Below, one piece after another: positions 62,081-64,000 of a stretch of 64,000 nucleotides of DNA. Below the pieces are notes generated by a model. That model was not told where the DNA came from. It searched no databases and saw only the letters and a program-made list of their open reading frames with translations. Position numbers and translations under genes: made by a program. This stretch comes from Pseudogymnoascus verrucosus (taxonomy: Eukaryota): NCBI GenBank assembly GCA_001662655.1, contig KV460254.1; one strand, 5' to 3'. The first letter of the stretch is position 1, and every line of letters begins with the position of its first letter.

Positions 62081-63266
62081 TTAGCCGACGACCGCGGATT
62101 TGCCGAGGGGCTTGAGGACGTTGGCTGCGTATTGGCCACCGACGTTTCCTTGAGGGTGAGTTAGTAAAGGGGTTCATTTGTTAGGGAGGGTCGAAAAGGG
62201 GGGACGTACCAGGGCTGCCGTAGTTGCAGACGGTGTACCATCCGGAGAAGGGCGCGGAGAACATCGGGCTGCCGGTATCGCAGAACACTGTTGCGCATCC
62301 GACGGTCCCGGTGCCCTTCCAGACGACCTGGCTGAAGTGGCCCCAGCTGTGGAAGTTGGACATGTCCGGGTCGTTCTGGCCGTACATGGAGGGGTCGAAG
62401 AGCGGGAGCTCGCCGTTATACCACTGGTTGGAGATGGCACCTCCGGAGATAGTGGCAGGGTCGCGGGACTTCTCGTCGCCCGAGCTGCCGGACTGCGCGA
62501 GGTTCTGGCCGTAGCCGCCGCCGCCGATGCTCGTGTCGTGCTTGAAGACGCAGGTCTTAGCGAGCTGGGCGGCGTAGCCGGCGAGCTCGTCGCTGTAGGT
62601 CAGGGCCGGGGCGGAGTGGTTGGTGCGGTGCACGTTGTGGTGGAAGAGGACGGCGCTCTTGTAGTCGGTGCCGGCGGGGGATGCGACGGGGGCAGCGGCG
62701 GCGGTGGTCTGCACAACGGGGGCGGCCTGGACTGGTGTCTCCTGGACGACTGGGGTGGTCACGGCGGGGGTGGTGTCAACTACGACGGCTTGCTGGGGAG
62801 CCTGGGTTGTGACGGGTGCCTCAGGGGTGGGGGTTGGTGTCGGGGTCTCGACGATTGGCTCCGGAGTCGGGGTTGGGGTTGGGATTGGCTGCGGGGTGGT
62901 GCTCTCGAGGAAGATGGCATCGGTGAGCACCGGTGCGGGAATAGTTGGGGTCACGACAGGCGGGGTCGAGGTGGTGGTTGGGACGACGCTGGAGCTGGTC
63001 TTGGTCTAATCGGGGTGTTAGCGTGCCGATCGTTCAAGATGAGGATAGCTGATTGGCGACCAAATCGCCAGTCAACGCCAATTGAGCACTCGAAAATGCC
63101 AAATATTGAGATGGGGGTGTGAAGGAGGACTTACAGTAGAGAGGCCTTCAGTAACGAAGACGGTCACGTAGTCGATAACGACGTCGGTGACATATGCGCG
63201 CTTCTGGACGGGAGCGGCAAGGGCGAGGGCGGACAACCCCGCGAGGACGATAGCTGAAGAGCGCAT
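62081..63266 (-). CDS. secreted CAP/SCP/PR-1 (Pry-like) protein with P/T-rich linker, 3 exons
   Basis: Signal peptide plus KR site. HHNVHRTNH, YGQNLA, QWYNGE, WGHFSQVVWK...VGCA, YTVCNY.SP|GNVGGQYAANV. Stop at 62081. Confidence 0.93.
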
Positions 63267-64000
63267 GTTGATTCTTGGTAAGTATCGTGGGTATGCGTTA
63301 GGTGTTGACGTGCGTGCTTGATCCCAGATCAGCGCTTGCTAAAGCTATTTGGTTTTTGAGGTCGTAAATGGTAGCTATGAGAGCAATTTGTGGTTGTTTG
63401 CTGGTGATAAGCTACTGAGTGAATTTCGATCGACTTGCGATTTTCTGCTTGACTGAACTGGCAGTACAAGTGATTGTTATCTTCTCGAGGGAAGGATCGA
63501 TAATTCGAGTGAATGGTGCTGCTGGAATCGATCCAGTCGGGCAATAGCGATCGATCGTGGAGATCTGAGTAAGTCCGGAGACGTGGGTAATGCAAAGGAG
63601 TGTTATAGAAAAAGGACAGTGAATCTTCTTGACCGAAGAAGGAAGTTGTAGAACAAGGAGTGGACGTTGAGTAACCCAACAAGTCAAGAGATGGTGGTAA
63701 AAGAGGAAAGAGGTGAGGAGAGGAAAGAAGAGGGAGAAGAGAAGAAGAGGAAGAAAGAGTGTGGTTGTTGTATGGTGTTTTGGCGGCGGTGACCCAAGAT
63801 TGGCAGATTGGGAGCACAGATTAGGGAGCGCGGGAGGGAGATTGGGTGTGTTTGGGTGTTTTGGCAGTGGAGAAATGTGAGAGCCTAGAGTTGCTGCTAG
63901 GTACGCCAGGAACACCAGGGATTGTTTGTGGGGTGGGATGAGAAGGGTGAGAGGTGACTGGGGGGGAGTTGGACAAGGGGATGGGTTGGTTGATGGGCGC

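Overview
Gene-dense, intron-containing genomic DNA of a filamentous ascomycete; the gene set and style suggest a Leotiomycete such as Pseudogymnoascus, but that assignment is inference only. About 22 protein-coding genes are supportable. Housekeeping and cell-biology genes: an RCO-3/SNF3-like hexose transporter, PFA5 DHYC palmitoyltransferase, a GNAT, PET191, WBP1, the complex I 9.5 kDa subunit, SRR1/BER1, an SDR, an inositol 5-phosphatase, EMC1, an Rgf3-type RhoGEF, a Mid2-like sensor, PI-PLC, SPATA20/YyaL and a CAP/PR-1 protein. More unusual elements: (1) two co-oriented, intronless micro-genes for small Cys-rich zinc-ribbon proteins, one with an exact RanBP2-type finger and a triplicated leader; (2) a divergent QutR/QutA-like repressor-activator pair with no quinate catabolic genes in the window, where the activator needs a GC-AG intron; (3) an intronless actinobacterial TIGR02569-like phosphotransferase, a horizontal-transfer candidate; (4) a type II membrane protein with RgpF-like glycosyltransferase motifs; (5) a PI-PLC with a substituted calcium-ligand motif; (6) a small secreted Cys-containing protein; (7) two ~5 kb convergent intergenic gaps holding probable gene relics; (8) a perfect 61-bp duplication over a stop codon. 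No tRNA, rRNA, CRISPR or intact transposon was recognised. All family assignments come from motif recognition by eye, not database searches.
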